Origin: Cyanophora paradoxa CCMP329
Lineage: Eukaryota; Plantae; Glaucophyta
Assembly (NCBI GenBank): GCA_004431415.1
Contig: QPMI01000095.1
Location: 124,001 to 188,000, forward strand
Reading direction: 5' to 3'
DNA length: 64,000 bases
Positions within the stretch are counted from its first letter, which is position 1. Every line of letters begins with the position of its first letter. Below the pieces are notes generated by a model. It had not been told where the DNA came from. It made no database searches and saw only the letters and a program-made list of their open reading frames with translations. This document shows positions 1-11,630 of this stretch, piece after piece. The translations under genes and the position numbers were made by a program.

Positions 1-819
1 GGTCGCGGACAGCACCGCGTCCGTCAGCCTCTCGCTGTGGGACCAGCTCGGCGAGATGGTGCAGCCAGGCGACATCCTGCGGCTGAAGGGCGGGTGCGCT
101 CGCCGTACCCGCCCGCACGCTCCGCCGCTGCCGTCGCGGGGGCGGCACTGCGGCCAAGCCTCTCGAACACTCTCGCCAGGTACTGCACCCTCTACAAGAA
201 CTCTCTTGTCCTCTCCTCCGGCAAACTCGGGACCATCGAGCGAATCGGAGAGTGCGCTCGCCCCTCGGGGCCCCGTTACCCCAGGCAGCGCCCCACGAAC
301 CCCCTTCGCAGGTTCTGTATGCTCTTCTCCGAAACGCCCAATATGTCCGCCTTTTCGTGGGTACCACAAGACCCGACGCAGCCGAACAATCCCGCCAAAT
401 TCGTGCGCGAAGTTTCCCCCGACCCCCGTACCCACCATCCGCTCATCACCCGCGAGCAGAAGGCGTGCCCCCCCGGCTCGCCCGACGTACCCCCGCAGTT
501 CCTGAACCAGGTGTACGGGCCCGTGGCTGGCCCCGGGGGGCCGGGCCCCGCCCCTACTCCAGGCCCCGGGGGCCCCAGCGACGCCTCGCCCCTCCCCGTC
601 GGGGCGGCCCCCCGCCCGAACAGCTTCCCGCCCCGCGGGGCGGGCCCCCAGCAGCGGCCTCCCCCGCCGGCCTCGGGCCCCGGGCTGCAGCAGGCCGGCC
701 CCGGAGCGCGCAGAACCTCGCCCAGCAACGCGCAGGCCGACGGGCCCGGGGGCGCCGCCGGCCCCGCCCGCCCCGGCTCCGAGAGGCCGCGGGACCCGAG
801 GGCGCGCCCCCCCTCGTAG
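1..819 (+). CDS. SOSS complex subunit B / NABP-like OB-fold ssDNA-binding protein (5' part outside window, spliced)
   Basis: Spliced reading [31 protein letters not shown]|[24 protein letters not shown]|[12 protein letters not shown] matches the hSSB1/NABP OB fold; Pro/Gly-rich tail ends at TAG 817-819. Confidence 0.88.
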   Translation, partial: GRGQHRVRQPLAVGPARRDGAARRHPAAEGRVRSPYPPARSAAAVAGAALRPSLSNTLARYCTLYKNSLVLSSGKLGTIERIGECARPSGPRYPRQRPTNPLRRFCMLFSETPNMSAFSWVPQDPTQPNNPAKFVREVSPDPRTHHPLITREQKACPPGSPDVPPQFLNQVYGPVAGPGGPGPAPTPGPGGPSDASPLPVGAAPRPNSFPPRGAGPQQRPPPPASGPGLQQAGPGARRTSPSNAQADGPGGAAGPARPGSERPRDPRARPPS

Positions 820-1370
820 GCGCCGCGAGACCCATCCCGACTCACCCTCCCCGCGCCCGGCGCTTCGCGCCGCCGGGCCGAACGGAGCCGAAGCGGGGGC
901 CGGAGCCACAAGGCGATTGGGGCCGCATCGGCTCGCCGCCACCCGGCCAGACCCCAGCGACACCGGAGGACCGCCGGCCCGCCGCCCCGGGTCCTTTCTC
1001 GCGCCGCGAGAGCGCGAGCGCGGCAGCCGTAACCGGCCGCCTTCTGCTCGAAGCACGGCCCAGTCCTGGTCACCTCGTAGAGACTTCATCGAATCGAAAT
1101 GAACGTGCACAATACACGGCGCCGATCCCGTCTGAAAGGCGATGCGGGGGGAGGGAGGAGGGATCTGGAAAAACGAATTCGAAAGCTGATTATATAAGCT
1201 CGCTAGCTCGAACTAGCAGGACTACCTGAGTAACGAAATCCAAAAATGTGAGCGCGGGCCCGGAGCCGCTCGCAGGCCGACTCCGAGTCAGCTCCGAGTC
1301 GAAGGCGGGAAAGCTCTGAAGTACACGCCGTGCGCGAGCTGCGCCAGGGCGGCGAGGAGGGCGCCCCGCC

Positions 1371-3430
1371 TCACGAGAGGGCGCCCCCGCAGGAGGAGCC
1401 GGAGCCGGCCGTGCACGCGTAGCAGTGCGAGCCTGGCGAGGTGCGAGCGCGGTCAGGCGGGGGCGAGGGCCCGGGCGGGGCGGGGCGGGGCGGGCGGGCC
1501 GGTGGCAATGGGGGTGCGGTCGAGCTCGGTGAGCGAATCGACGTCGAAGATGGTCATTCGGGCGCCTGCGCGCGCCGCGCCTCAGGCGGCGAGGACGACT
1601 TAAGCGTCGCCTCGGCGAGACGTATCGGCGGAGATTCGTCTAGGCTGGCCCAGTGGTGCCAATGGCACCAAAGAGACGCAGCCAGTCCGCGCGGCCGCGG
1701 GACGGGAAGCGCGGGGGGAGCCGCGCGGACCGTCGGGGCCGGTCAGCGGCATGTCGATGGCCTGGTTGAAGTCGCAGTCGAAGAGCGCCCCGTCCCACCG
1801 CACGTTCACCTGCCCCGTACCCCGCTCGCGGCGGGGCCCGGGGGGGGGGGGGGGGGGGGCGGGGAAGGAGGCGGGGGGTACCTGGTGCCGGCACATCACG
1901 TTGGGCAGCGTCGCGCCGTTGAAGTTGTCGGCGAGGAGCTTGAGGTAGTCGCCCAGCTTGCCCTCCCTGCCCCGGCGCCCGCGTGAGGGCGGGCGGGGGG
2001 CGCTCACGCGCGCCGCGGCGCCGCGGACCGCTCCAGCGCGTCGGCGAAGCGAGTGACGGGCTGCCGGGGGAGGGGCGAGGGGCGCGCCGGCGCGTCACGG
2101 GGCGGAGGCGCGGGGGCGGGGCGGGGCGGGGGTACCATGTTCGTGATCGTGATGAGGCTGCTGAACTCGAGCCCGAAGTCCTCCCTCAGGCGCTCCTTGT
2201 ACGTCTCCTGCAGGCCGGCCTGCCCCCGCGGCCCGCCGGTCGCCACGGGCGGGGCAGCCTCGGGCCGCGGGGGCGGGGGCACCGTCGCTGGGGGGAGGAA
2301 GGGCCCCACGGGGTTGTAGACGAGGTCCAGATAGAGGCCGGAGCCCTCCACGCCGTACCCCCTCTGGTTCAGGAGGCGGATCCCCTCGACGGAGGCGTCG
2401 AAGACACTGGGGCGGGTGAGGCGGGGCGGGGGTGCTGGGCGGTCTGGGGCCGCCGCACCCGGCGCCCCGCTGCTTCGTGACGTTCTCGGGGGCGTAGCAT
2501 GGCAGGGACGCCACGACGCGGACCTGGGCGCCCGGCTCGGATCCCGGCGGGCCGCTCCGGGGCGCGCAGGGGCGGGGCACCTCGTTCTCGGCGAGGAAGT
2601 CCGGGAGGCCCTCCTGCCCGGGCTCGAAGAGGACCGTCAGGTTGCACCTGTCGATGACCTGCCGCCCCGCGCGCCCGTTCGAGAAGCGTCCGAGCCCGGC
2701 GGCCCCGCCCCGGGGCGCACCTCGACCTGCTGCTTCCTCGCTTCCTCCACCAGGAACCGGAACGCGGGGTGCAGCTCGGGCGCCCCGCCCGTCAGGTCCA
2801 CCGTCTTCACTTTCGGACTGTTTTTGAGCACCTGCGCGGCGGCCGTCGCGCGGCGCCCGGCCCCGCGCGGCGCGGGCCCGCGCCGCCGCCGCCGCCGCAG
2901 CACGGTCGCACCTCTGCCACTTTGATCGCCGTCTCCAGGCTCATCACCTCCCGGGTTCGCGCGGGCGAGGACTGCGCTCGCGGCGCGGCGTCGGCCCCGC
3001 GTCCCAGGGGCTTGGCACGGCATGCGTACCTCGACATGGCAATGACTGCATGCCTGGTTGCAGAAGAGGCCGGTGTTCACCTGCCAAGAGCAGCGGCATC
3101 AGAGAAGTGCGCTGATGCCACGGTCCCTCGATGACGGCAAGCGACTAGATGTAGCTAAGCGTACTCCACACAGCTCACTTGCAGGGTGGTCGCTTTCGCG
3201 CGGCGAAGATCGCCGAAGGGCTTTATCCCCAGCTCGCGAGCGAGCTCCTCTCGCCTCTCCTCCCCTCCACCGAGCTTGGCGTGCACGACAACTAAGCCTA
3301 CGCGGCGCTCCTTCGGCGGACGCACGTCGCGCCGTCGCAGCCCGCGCGGAGCTGTCATCGGGACGAGGACATTCCGGGCATCCCCACGCGTGCGCGTGAC
3401 GGGCAGCGGTAGCCCGACGAAGGCCTGCAT
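1371..3430 (-). CDS. arsS: Arsenosugar-biosynthesis radical SAM protein (ArsS/DUF3641 family), plastid-targeted, multi-exon
   Basis: TLQ|VNTGLFCNQACSHCHVE (CxxxCxxC), VDLTGGAPELHPAFRFLVEEAR, VVASLPCYAPENV, LDLVYNPVGPFLPP, LITITNM, VMCRHQ|VNVRWDGALFDCDFNQ and C-terminal HCYACTAGSGSSCGGALS* (stop 1371-1373); N-terminus MQAFVGLPLP is transit-peptide-like. Confidence 0.88.
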
Positions 3431-3797
3431 CCCCCGTCTCGACGTGTACCCGCGGGTGAAGGGTCGGGGGGGGGGAGGGGCTTGGGGTGAAATGTTGGGT
3501 ACTACGTTTTAATTTCCTTTTTTTGCTGCGTGACGTAATAGCCACAGGCTCTCAAGTACTAGTACTTAGAGAAGTTACCGTCAGCGATTCCGCGAAGCGG
3601 CCGGCACGGTGCCACGACGACGGACCACGCGCCTCACCGAGGGTACAGCGTCGGAAGCAGCGCAGGAGCTTGCAGTTCCGGCGGCGTTCGATGCGCCGCG
3701 GCCTTCCAAGAAGCTCCTAACAGCGACTGCGCGTCGTTGGTGCGGGCAAAGTTCGGAGGGCTCGGCGTGACGCTCTGGTCGCGAAGACTCGGAAGCG

Positions 3798-4998
3798 ATG
3801 GCGCCTTCCGTGCGGAGTTTTCCCATGTATAGTCTTCCAACTGCTCCTCGTGGTGCGTCTCTTTATTCAGAGCGCCGCAGTGGCACATTAAAAATCCACC
3901 TGACCCGCTTGCACAGGAGAAAGGCCAAGCGACGGCGACGGCATTCTGGTTGACCTGCGCCTTCATTTCACGGTTCAAATGGTCGGCACACACTTTGGTG
4001 ACAGGCTCTGCGTTGCTGGTTCGGCCGAAGGGTTAGGCTGCTGGAATCCGGAGCATGCGCTCATGCTCGACGGGAGCTGCTATCCCTCCTGGACGGGAGA
4101 GGCGACGACCCGTGTGCATCTTACCCGACGTTCGCCTATTTTGCAGTTCGAGGTAATATGGCCGGGCCGCGGCCGCTTGGACCGTTCCGCGCTCGTCCCT
4201 GACCCCTGCACCTCGCAGGTCAAGTGCTTGGTTCGCTGGCGGAGTGGCCACGTTTCCTGGGAACCATTCTCGGGCAACAGGACACTCGTCCTGGACCTGA
4301 CGCAGTGCTTGTCGCCCGAGTGCCTCACTGTGCCCGTGGAGCCGTCCGACAGCCCGCGCAAAGTCTCGTTCGTGGCATCGGCCGTTGTTGAGGTGCCTCC
4401 GTTCTCCTTCGGCGACCGGAGTCCCCTCCCGTACGCCCTCGCGCGGCCCCGGCGGACCTCTCCAAAGCCCCTGCCGCCCGCCCCGCCCCCGCCCAGCATG
4501 CCGGCCGTGGCGCCGCACGCCTCCGAAAAGGAGCCCTCGTCCTCGTCCGTCATATCTGCTCTCGGGCTCTTCGCCACGCCCGCCAAGCAGGCGCCCCAAC
4601 AGCCGCCCACCTCGCCCTCGCTCCCCGAGCCCGGCGCACTGAGCCAGGGCCGGCCCCCGGCGAACCGCCCCGCGGTGCCCGTCCTGCCCCTCGGCTCAAT
4701 GAAGGCAGCTCCGGCACCCGCGCCCGCGCCGGCGCCCGCGCCGGCGCCGGCCCCGACGCCGCCGACGCCGTCGCCGCGGGCGCGGTACCGGCGCGTCAAC
4801 TCTTTCATGCTGCCGCGCATCGAGGAGGACCCGAACGAGGGCTCCCCCGTGGAGTACCTCTCGGGCTCCCGCTCGGCCCGCTCCGTCTCGGTCGGCGTTC
4901 CCGTCCGCCCCGACTACTCCCTCTCCTCCCACGAGTTCTCGTTCGACCGCTACCGGAGCGGCGGCGGCGCCCGCGCCGCCGTCTCCGCCGTCTACTGA
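3798..4998 (+). CDS. CBM20 (starch-binding domain) protein with Pro/Ser-rich tail
   Basis: LHFTVQMVGTHFGDRLCVAGSAEGLGCWNPEHALML..YPSW...FE|VKCLVRW..VSWEPFSGNRTLVL fits the CBM20 consensus (GS..LG.W, YP.W, WE...NR). The start at 3798 is a guess that needs one intron. Confidence 0.72.
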
Positions 4999-5611
4999 TC
5001 CGGCCCTGTCTCTCGCGGCTTGCACATGCGGGGCGCCGCGCCCCCCCCTTTTCATATGGATATCCTATATTTCACTTCGACTGACAGATCATGCAGTTAG
5101 ATGTTAGGTTGAGCGTTCCTTTCCCTGTCGTTCGTGCCCCCAGTGCAGTTGCAGTGTAGCTACTGCCTTTCATCTTTGCAAGCAGTCTCACGGCGCTTGG
5201 TATCCTATGCGAGTCTCTCTCTATTGTCCTTTCCTGTGCTATCGAGTAAGCACTCTTTCGCTTCCCATGAGCAGCTGCCTGCAGCTGTCTCATGCATGTT
5301 AGCCTTGTTAGCGTCGCCGCGTAAATGCTACTCGACGTCCCGGCAGTCCAACAGTCCAACTCAGCCTGGCAGTGTTCAAATGAAATTATACAGGCCTTCC
5401 ACGCCGCGGTGTGCGGGGCAGGGGGCAAGCCATCGAAGCCGCAGTCATGCTTCATGCTAAGCGGGGGGCGGGGCAAGGCGTCGAAGCCGCGGGCCCCGGA
5501 CTCTGGATCTGGAAACTGAAGCGCCGGGCATGCTCGGGTAGTGTGAATTCAACGTGAAATTTCACGACTCAGTATGGAAAGCTAGAAACTGGCCAACCGA
5601 GGCTGGAACTG

Positions 5612-7191
5612 CTATTGCACGATGAAACGGCAGGCCCACAAGGCGGCCAGAGCGGCCAGCGCAATGCGATCCTGAGTCCCGAAGTGGAACTCGTGCCTGC
5701 GGGAGCGGCGGCGTCGGGGGGGCGCGGGCGAGGGGCGGGAGGGAAGGGGGGCGGGGCGCGGGGGCCGCACCACTTGAGCTTGTGCTCTTCCGGAGAGGTG
5801 AAGCCGCGGACGCACATGGAGGCGGCGATGGGCTCCGCGCGCCCCAGGAGGTTTCGCAGCAGCCGCTCGCCCACCGTCGGCCACACCTGCGCGCCCCGCG
5901 TGAGACGCCCCCGCCGCCCTCCAGCCCAGAGGGAGCTCTTAGAACGGACCTTCAGAGACTGGAAGAGGCCCATCTTCTTCCAGTTGATGCCGCGGGTGAG
6001 AACGGCCTGGGGGGCGGGGCGTGAGGGCGGGGCGGCGGGGGCCGACGGGCGGGGGCGGGGCCGGCAGGGCGCGGGGGCGGGCCTTGGCGAGGTTCTGGAT
6101 CTCCTCGAGGACGAGGTGGTTGAAGCGGATGGCGAGGGTCAGCGTCAGGCACACCTCCTCGACCGGGAACCCGAACCTGCGCGCCCCGCCCGCCGCCCTC
6201 GCTCGCCCCGCGCGCCCGGCCCGAGCGGGGGCGGGCGGCGGGGCGGCGGGGCGGACCGGGCGAGGGGCTTGAGGGCCCACTCGAAGGCGGCGACCATCTC
6301 CTCGGGGGCGGTCGTGAGGAGGAACATGTTCGCGGTCGTCAGGAGGATGAAGGGGAGCACGCCCGAGCGGATGCCCAGGTCCAGCGAGCGCCCTGCCCGC
6401 GCGCGCCCCGCTGAGCCGCCCCGCGCCCGCCCCCCGTGCGCCGCGAACGCGCACCCGTCATGCTGATGATGCCGTACTTGTACGAGTTCCCGAGCCAGGG
6501 CTGCTTGGCGAGCAGCTCCGGCGGCGTCGCGGGGAGCGCGTCCGGCGTGAACGCTGTGAAGGAGAAGATGCCGAGGCCCTGCGGGAGCGTGAGCGGGGCC
6601 GCCGGCGTCCGGGCGGGCGCGGCGTCAGACCAGGAACAGCGTCCAGAGGAGCTGGCTCCGCCAGACCCGTGCGGGCAGGGCGCTTATCATCAGGAAGGCG
6701 ACGAACGGCACGAGGTAGATGTGCCACCACGGGCTGGCGCGGATGAGGCAGAGCACAAAGCTCATGAGCCACAGGAGCTTGACGCGCGGGTCCAGGCCGT
6801 GCAGGAAGCTGCGCGGTTGCTCGAGATACAAGCCGATCGGCACCGAGCGGAGGAGGTCGGTGAGCCCCATCCGCATCGGAGTGACGGCCAGTGTGCCATC
6901 GCTCGCGTCACCGCACTGCTGCACGGCCCGCTCGACTAATCGCTGCGTTGCGACGTGGAACCGCTGTGCGGCGGAGCGGAAGGCTGCCGGGACACGCCTT
7001 GCCGCGATGTGCTGTTGCTTTGCCGGTAGGAAGACCGCGCGGGGTGCGGCGGCGAAGCCGTGCGCGGACCTCGGGCACGCGTCGCCGACCGCGAACGGCC
7101 GGGTGGCCAGGCGCGCGGTGCAACTCAGTTGTGCAGCATCTGCACGCGAGGCTGGTCGGCCACCCGCGAACGGAGAGCAGAAGCCGGTCAT
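5612..7191 (-). CDS. ECF transporter transmembrane T component (EcfT/CbiQ; cyanobacterial type, plant ABCI12-like), plastid-targeted, multi-exon
   Basis: DLLRSVPIGLYLEQPRSFLHGLDPRVKLLW, FLLTTAPEE, LTLAIRFNHLVLEEIQNL, ASMCVRGFTSPEEH; long Ala/Arg-rich N-terminal extension from ATG 7191. Confidence 0.88.
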
Positions 7192-7270
7192 CCCGCGACA
7201 AAGCACTGAACCGCCTGTACCCACGGAATTGGCTTGGCCCGCTTGGGCCGCTTGGCCTTGTTCCGTCGCG

Positions 7271-8190
7271 ATGGACCAGCCGAAAGGTTCGACGCTAGCC
7301 CGGCGTTCGAATTCACGCTACCTGCGCATGACCGCCGCCCGCCCGGCTCGCGCAGATGCGCAAGTCATGGCGCAGGTTCTGAAGACCATGGGCGTCGAAA
7401 GTTACGATCCGAAAGTCGTCAACCAGATGCTAGACTTTGTTTACAGTGCGCCATGGCAGTCCGCTGGGCGCCGGGAGCGCGGGAGCTAATGGGAGCACTC
7501 GCTGCGCCGCAGGATACGTGAGCGAGGTGCTGACAGACGCGCGGGACTACATGGACCATGCAGCGAGGCAAAATCTCGAGCTCGATGATGTCCGGCTCGC
7601 TATCCAGTCCAAAGTCAACCAAACTTTCACACAGCCGCCGCCGAAGGAGGCCCGCCCCTTGCTACTCTGCGCTCCACGAGAGCCACGCCTGATTCTTACC
7701 GACGCAGCTCCTTATGGATCTCGCGCGTGCAAGGAACGGACAGCCGATGCCGATCATCCCGAACAAGAACGGCTTCCACCTGCCCGATCCCAAGTTCTGC
7801 CTCCTCTCACAGAACTGGCAGTGGGATGTTAAGAAGCGGGTGCGCCGCTCTGCCTTGGTCGCTTAGCTATGATCGCGGCTCAAGCGCGGCGGCCAGGCGA
7901 AGACGGGAGGCGAGCCGGAGAAGCCGGCGGCAGGGCCGAGCGGGGCGGGCGCGTCGTCGTCGGCAGCGGTGCGATCGGGGAAGAAGATCCCGATCAAGCT
8001 GCAGAAGGACGGAGTGTCGGAGCAAATAGCAGCAGCGGCGGCGGCGGACAAAGCGGCGGCAGCGGCGGCGGCGAGCGGCAGCGGGACAGCAGCAGGGGCA
8101 GGAGATGCGGCAGGCGCAGCGGGCTCCGGCGCGGCGGAGGGCGGCGAGGGGGAAGCGAAGGAGGGGGAGGAGGGGGTGGAATGGGAGTAG
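7271..8190 (+). CDS. TAF9: Transcription initiation factor TFIID subunit 9
   Basis: MDQPK|[30 protein letters not shown]|[42 protein letters not shown]|[17 protein letters not shown] is the TAF9 histone fold plus its conserved PPP..LL region. Confidence 0.92.
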
Positions 8191-8846
8191 GGAATCCTCG
8201 CGTTGTACAGAATCTACTAGGCTTCCCCGTGACCTGCCTGCCGCGCGCGGCCCGGGGCCCCTTTGGGTACCTTTCTGGGTCATCGAGGGGCCTTAAGGAC
8301 GGCGGAACCTGCTTCAATGATGATTTCGGCGAGCCGATGCACCACACTTTCAGATGGCTAAAGTATACGTAAGATAGATAAGTGTGCTTAGATAAGGGAG
8401 CACATCAGGGCGCCGGCCTACCCCCGTGTGACACGCGTACGTATACGTGCATTCCGAGACCGTTCGACAGTTCCGACTCCGGCGAGTTCAACTGCATCGG
8501 AATATGATTTTGAAGTTCATGCAAAGCCGACGGGAGCAATGGAATGGTATTCATGATTGCAAATTCATTGTACACATGAATGATTCTGGCAGGCGCCACG
8601 AAGATCTAAACGGGACCCGTGCAAGTGTTTAGTTTTTTAACTGCTGGGCTACCTAAAGCTAGGTAAATAAGTGACGGCCTTCGGACTCGGATGAAGGCAT
8701 ATCTGCTCGCAAGCCCTAGGCTACATTCTGCTCGGGCCTCTCTCTGACCCTTAAACACCCCAGAAAATAGCAAAACTTGTCCCCGCGCGCCCAGAGCTGT
8801 ACACGATACAGTGGGGGGAGGTGGAGGCGAAAAAAGGCCGCAAAAA

Positions 8847-10957
8847 CTAGACGGCGGCGGTGGCGGCGGGGGAGGGGGCGGTGGGCTGGGCGCGGCCGCG
8901 GCCGGCGGGGAAGCCCTTGGAGCCGTCGGGGCCCTTGGGGAGGCGGACGGCGCCCTCGCCGTGGGCGCGGGCGAGGAGGAGCGGGGAGCGGTGGATGCCG
9001 GGGGAGGTCGATAGGGAGGAGCCGAGCTTGCTGTTCGGCGACGTCGAGAGGTGCGAGGCGTGCGCCATCGGCGACGACCCGTACGCCGGCACCGAGCGCC
9101 CGTACGCGCCCCGCTGCCCCGCCCCCTCGCCCCCGTGGCTCGGAGACGTCGCCCGCTGGTCCCAGTGGCCCCCGTTGCCCACCGAGTTGCCCCGCCCCCC
9201 GGACTGCGCCGGGCTCCCGCCGGAGCCGCGCGACGACTTGATCGGGATCGCCTTGCTCCCGCGGGCGTCGCTGCCGCGCCGCTCCTGCGTCGGCGACGGC
9301 GCCTCCTCCTCCAGCCGCGAGAGCGCCTTCGTGATGCAGATGACCCTGCCGGCGCGTGAGCGTCCGAGCGGGGACGGGGCGCGGGGGGCGGGGCCGGGGC
9401 CGGCGGGGCGGGCGCACTTGAGCTCGCCGTGGACCTGCTCGGTGTGGCTGAGGCCGAGCTTGGAGGCGACGAGCTCGTAGAGGTGCTTGCTCTCGCCGAT
9501 CATCGTCGAGGGGAAGGCGATCTCCCGGAGCGTGCTGCTCTCCTTGAACCGCATCAGCTGGTCGTACACGTTCTTCACCTCCGGGTTCCCCAGGTCCAGC
9601 TCCCGCTCCGCCAGCGCTGCCGCCCCCGTCAGCGCGCGCCCCGGGGGGCCGACGCGACGGGCGCGCGGGGCGCCGGGCCGCACTGTGGAAGCCGTGGCTC
9701 TCGCGGTGGCTCCCCGAGTGGCCGTCGCGGTGGTGGCCCGGCGGCAGCGGCGGCTTGCCCGAGGGCGTCAGGTGCCCGTGGTGGTGCGGGCTGGTGCTCA
9801 GGTACGAGTGGTGGTCCAGGCTCGTCCCCAGGCTCGTCCCCAGGTTGCTCCCGCGGTCCACGCTCGTCCCGGGCGCCCCGTTGCCCGACCCCTTCTTCTT
9901 GTACTCAATCTTCAGCTTGCGCCCGCTCACGTCCATGCCGCTGAGCTGGTCGTACGCGTGCACCGCGTCTTCCATCGCGCTGCGCGGGGCCGCGTGAGCG
10001 CACCGCCGCCGCCGCGCGATCGAGAGCCGCTCACCGGAACTTGGCAAAGGCCATTCCGCGGAAGGTTCCCTTGTCGTCATAATGGAAGTTCAGGCTCTGA
10101 GGCTTAATCTCCAACTTCTGGAGCATCTCCGTCATCTTCTCGTGCTTCCTGCAAAGCAGATCAACGGGCGGATCGTGTGCAGTGCAGCGGGGTCTTCCGC
10201 GGACATCGAGAATGGCAGGTTCTTGATCACGAGAGTTGTGTTCGGTGCGTAGATGCCCGGGACGTGGGCCTCGGCGCGCTCCACTGCGGGCGAGTCAGCT
10301 CCGAGATGTTGTGCTCGGGACGCAAGAAGGGGCGGATCCGGACCGGTGAGCTTAAACCCTTCAAACTCCATGTCAGTCAGCTTGTCCAGCCCACGCTCCA
10401 TGCTCTGCGGGTCGTGGGGTGCTGTGAGGAACTCTATGAAGTGCGAAGATGGCCACACGTCTCAGACGCACCTCATCATCCACAAACTGAACGAGAGCGT
10501 GCTTCGGCTTATCTTTCATGGCCTGGCCCTTCGTGCCGACGCCGAGGAGATCGACAAGCATGGGGATCTTGGCCTCATCGACAGGGCTCACGACCACAGA
10601 GTGCTCGCTGACGTAGGTTGCATGCTTGTCGTGGGTCTATAGTGTCAAAAGGAATGTACGCATGAGCATTGTGAAGCCGGGAGCTTAAGGGAACTAAGAG
10701 GGCACGCACATCCTTCAGCACTTCCGAGAGCCGCCTCGGCCTGGCAGCACAAGCGCGTGGTGAGTGTAACTACAGCGATCCGAGCGGGGCGCGGACCGGA
10801 GGTGCAGGCCGTGGTGCCCGTCATCGTGGCTGTGATCGTGGCTGTGATCGTGGTGACCAGTGGGGCTCTCGGCGTGCTCGTGCTTGTCCTCGTGATCCTT
10901 GGCATCATGCTTGTGATCCTCAAACTGGTCGTCGAAGGAGAGATCGACGTCCGCCAT
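8847..10957 (-). CDS. RNA-binding protein: His-rich N-terminus, RRM(s), R3H-like domain and C-terminal RxPxGPDG motif (Pin4/Cip-like)
   Basis: TTLVIKNLPFSMSAED and AVHAYDQLSGMDVSGRKLKIEYKK (RRM); VYDQLMRFKESSTLREIAFPS..LVASKLGLSH (R3H-like); AVRLPKGPDGSKGFPAGRGR (SUZ-C-like). Confidence 0.75.
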
Positions 10958-11151
10958 CGCAGGAATAACTGCGCTGCTCTACTTTCGCGTACTGTCTGTC
11001 TTGATGTAGGACGACCCTACCGGATGGAAGGGCCGGCGAACAACAGCCAGCAGCGGCTGCGAACAGGGGCGGAGGGGGGAATGAGCCGGGGACGCGGTGG
11101 GGTACGTATCGCGACGCCCCACGTCGCCGGAGCCGCCGCTCCATCGGCCTT

Positions 11152-11210
11152 CGTCGCACTGTATCCGCCGTTGTACGTCGCACTGTATCCGCCGTTGTAC
11201 GTCGCACTGT
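11152..11210. repeat. 24-bp tandem repeat, about 2.5 copies (CGTCGCACTGTATCCGCCGTTGTA)
   Basis: Exact copies at 11152-11175 and 11176-11199, partial copy at 11200-11210. Confidence 0.95.
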
Positions 11211-11630
11211 TGCAATTATGCGCGCACCGCTGTGCTAGGCCTAGGACCGGACTAGGTGCAATCTGATGATCTCGCCGACGACTCGGAGCTCTGCGCTCAG
11301 CGGCTAGCGCGGCCGCCATGTCTCCATCGAGCGCGTAATGAAATTTGCGCTTGAAATTTGAGATGATTTCTAGCTGCACTGTCGAACCTCAGGAAACGAA
11401 AATCGAACTCGCAAGCAAGACTGACTACACTAGAAGGGAAGTGCAGCGTTGCGGCACCGGCGACGCTGGCCGCGACTCCGGCTGAAGATTGAAATGGAGG
11501 GGGAGATGGAGCTGATCTGGATCCCGCCCAGCGGGGGGCGCCGGGCTGGGCGGGCGAACGGGGTTCGGGTCGGTTGCGGGGGTGCGGGCGGGGGTGCGAA
11601 AAGGGCGGGGCGGGCGCGTCTGCGCCGGCG

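Noticed and set aside
1654-1670. Perfect 8-bp hairpin TGGTGCCA-A-TGGCACCA in an ArsS intron
   Set aside because: Too short to assign a function without other copies.
4219-4290. Chromodomain (VRW..G..SWEP)
   Set aside because: Upstream GS..LG.W and YP.W plus the downstream NR fit CBM20 better.
5000-5560. Lower-GC segment with short ORFs between two convergent genes
   Set aside because: No recognisable domain; most likely 3' UTR or intergenic DNA.
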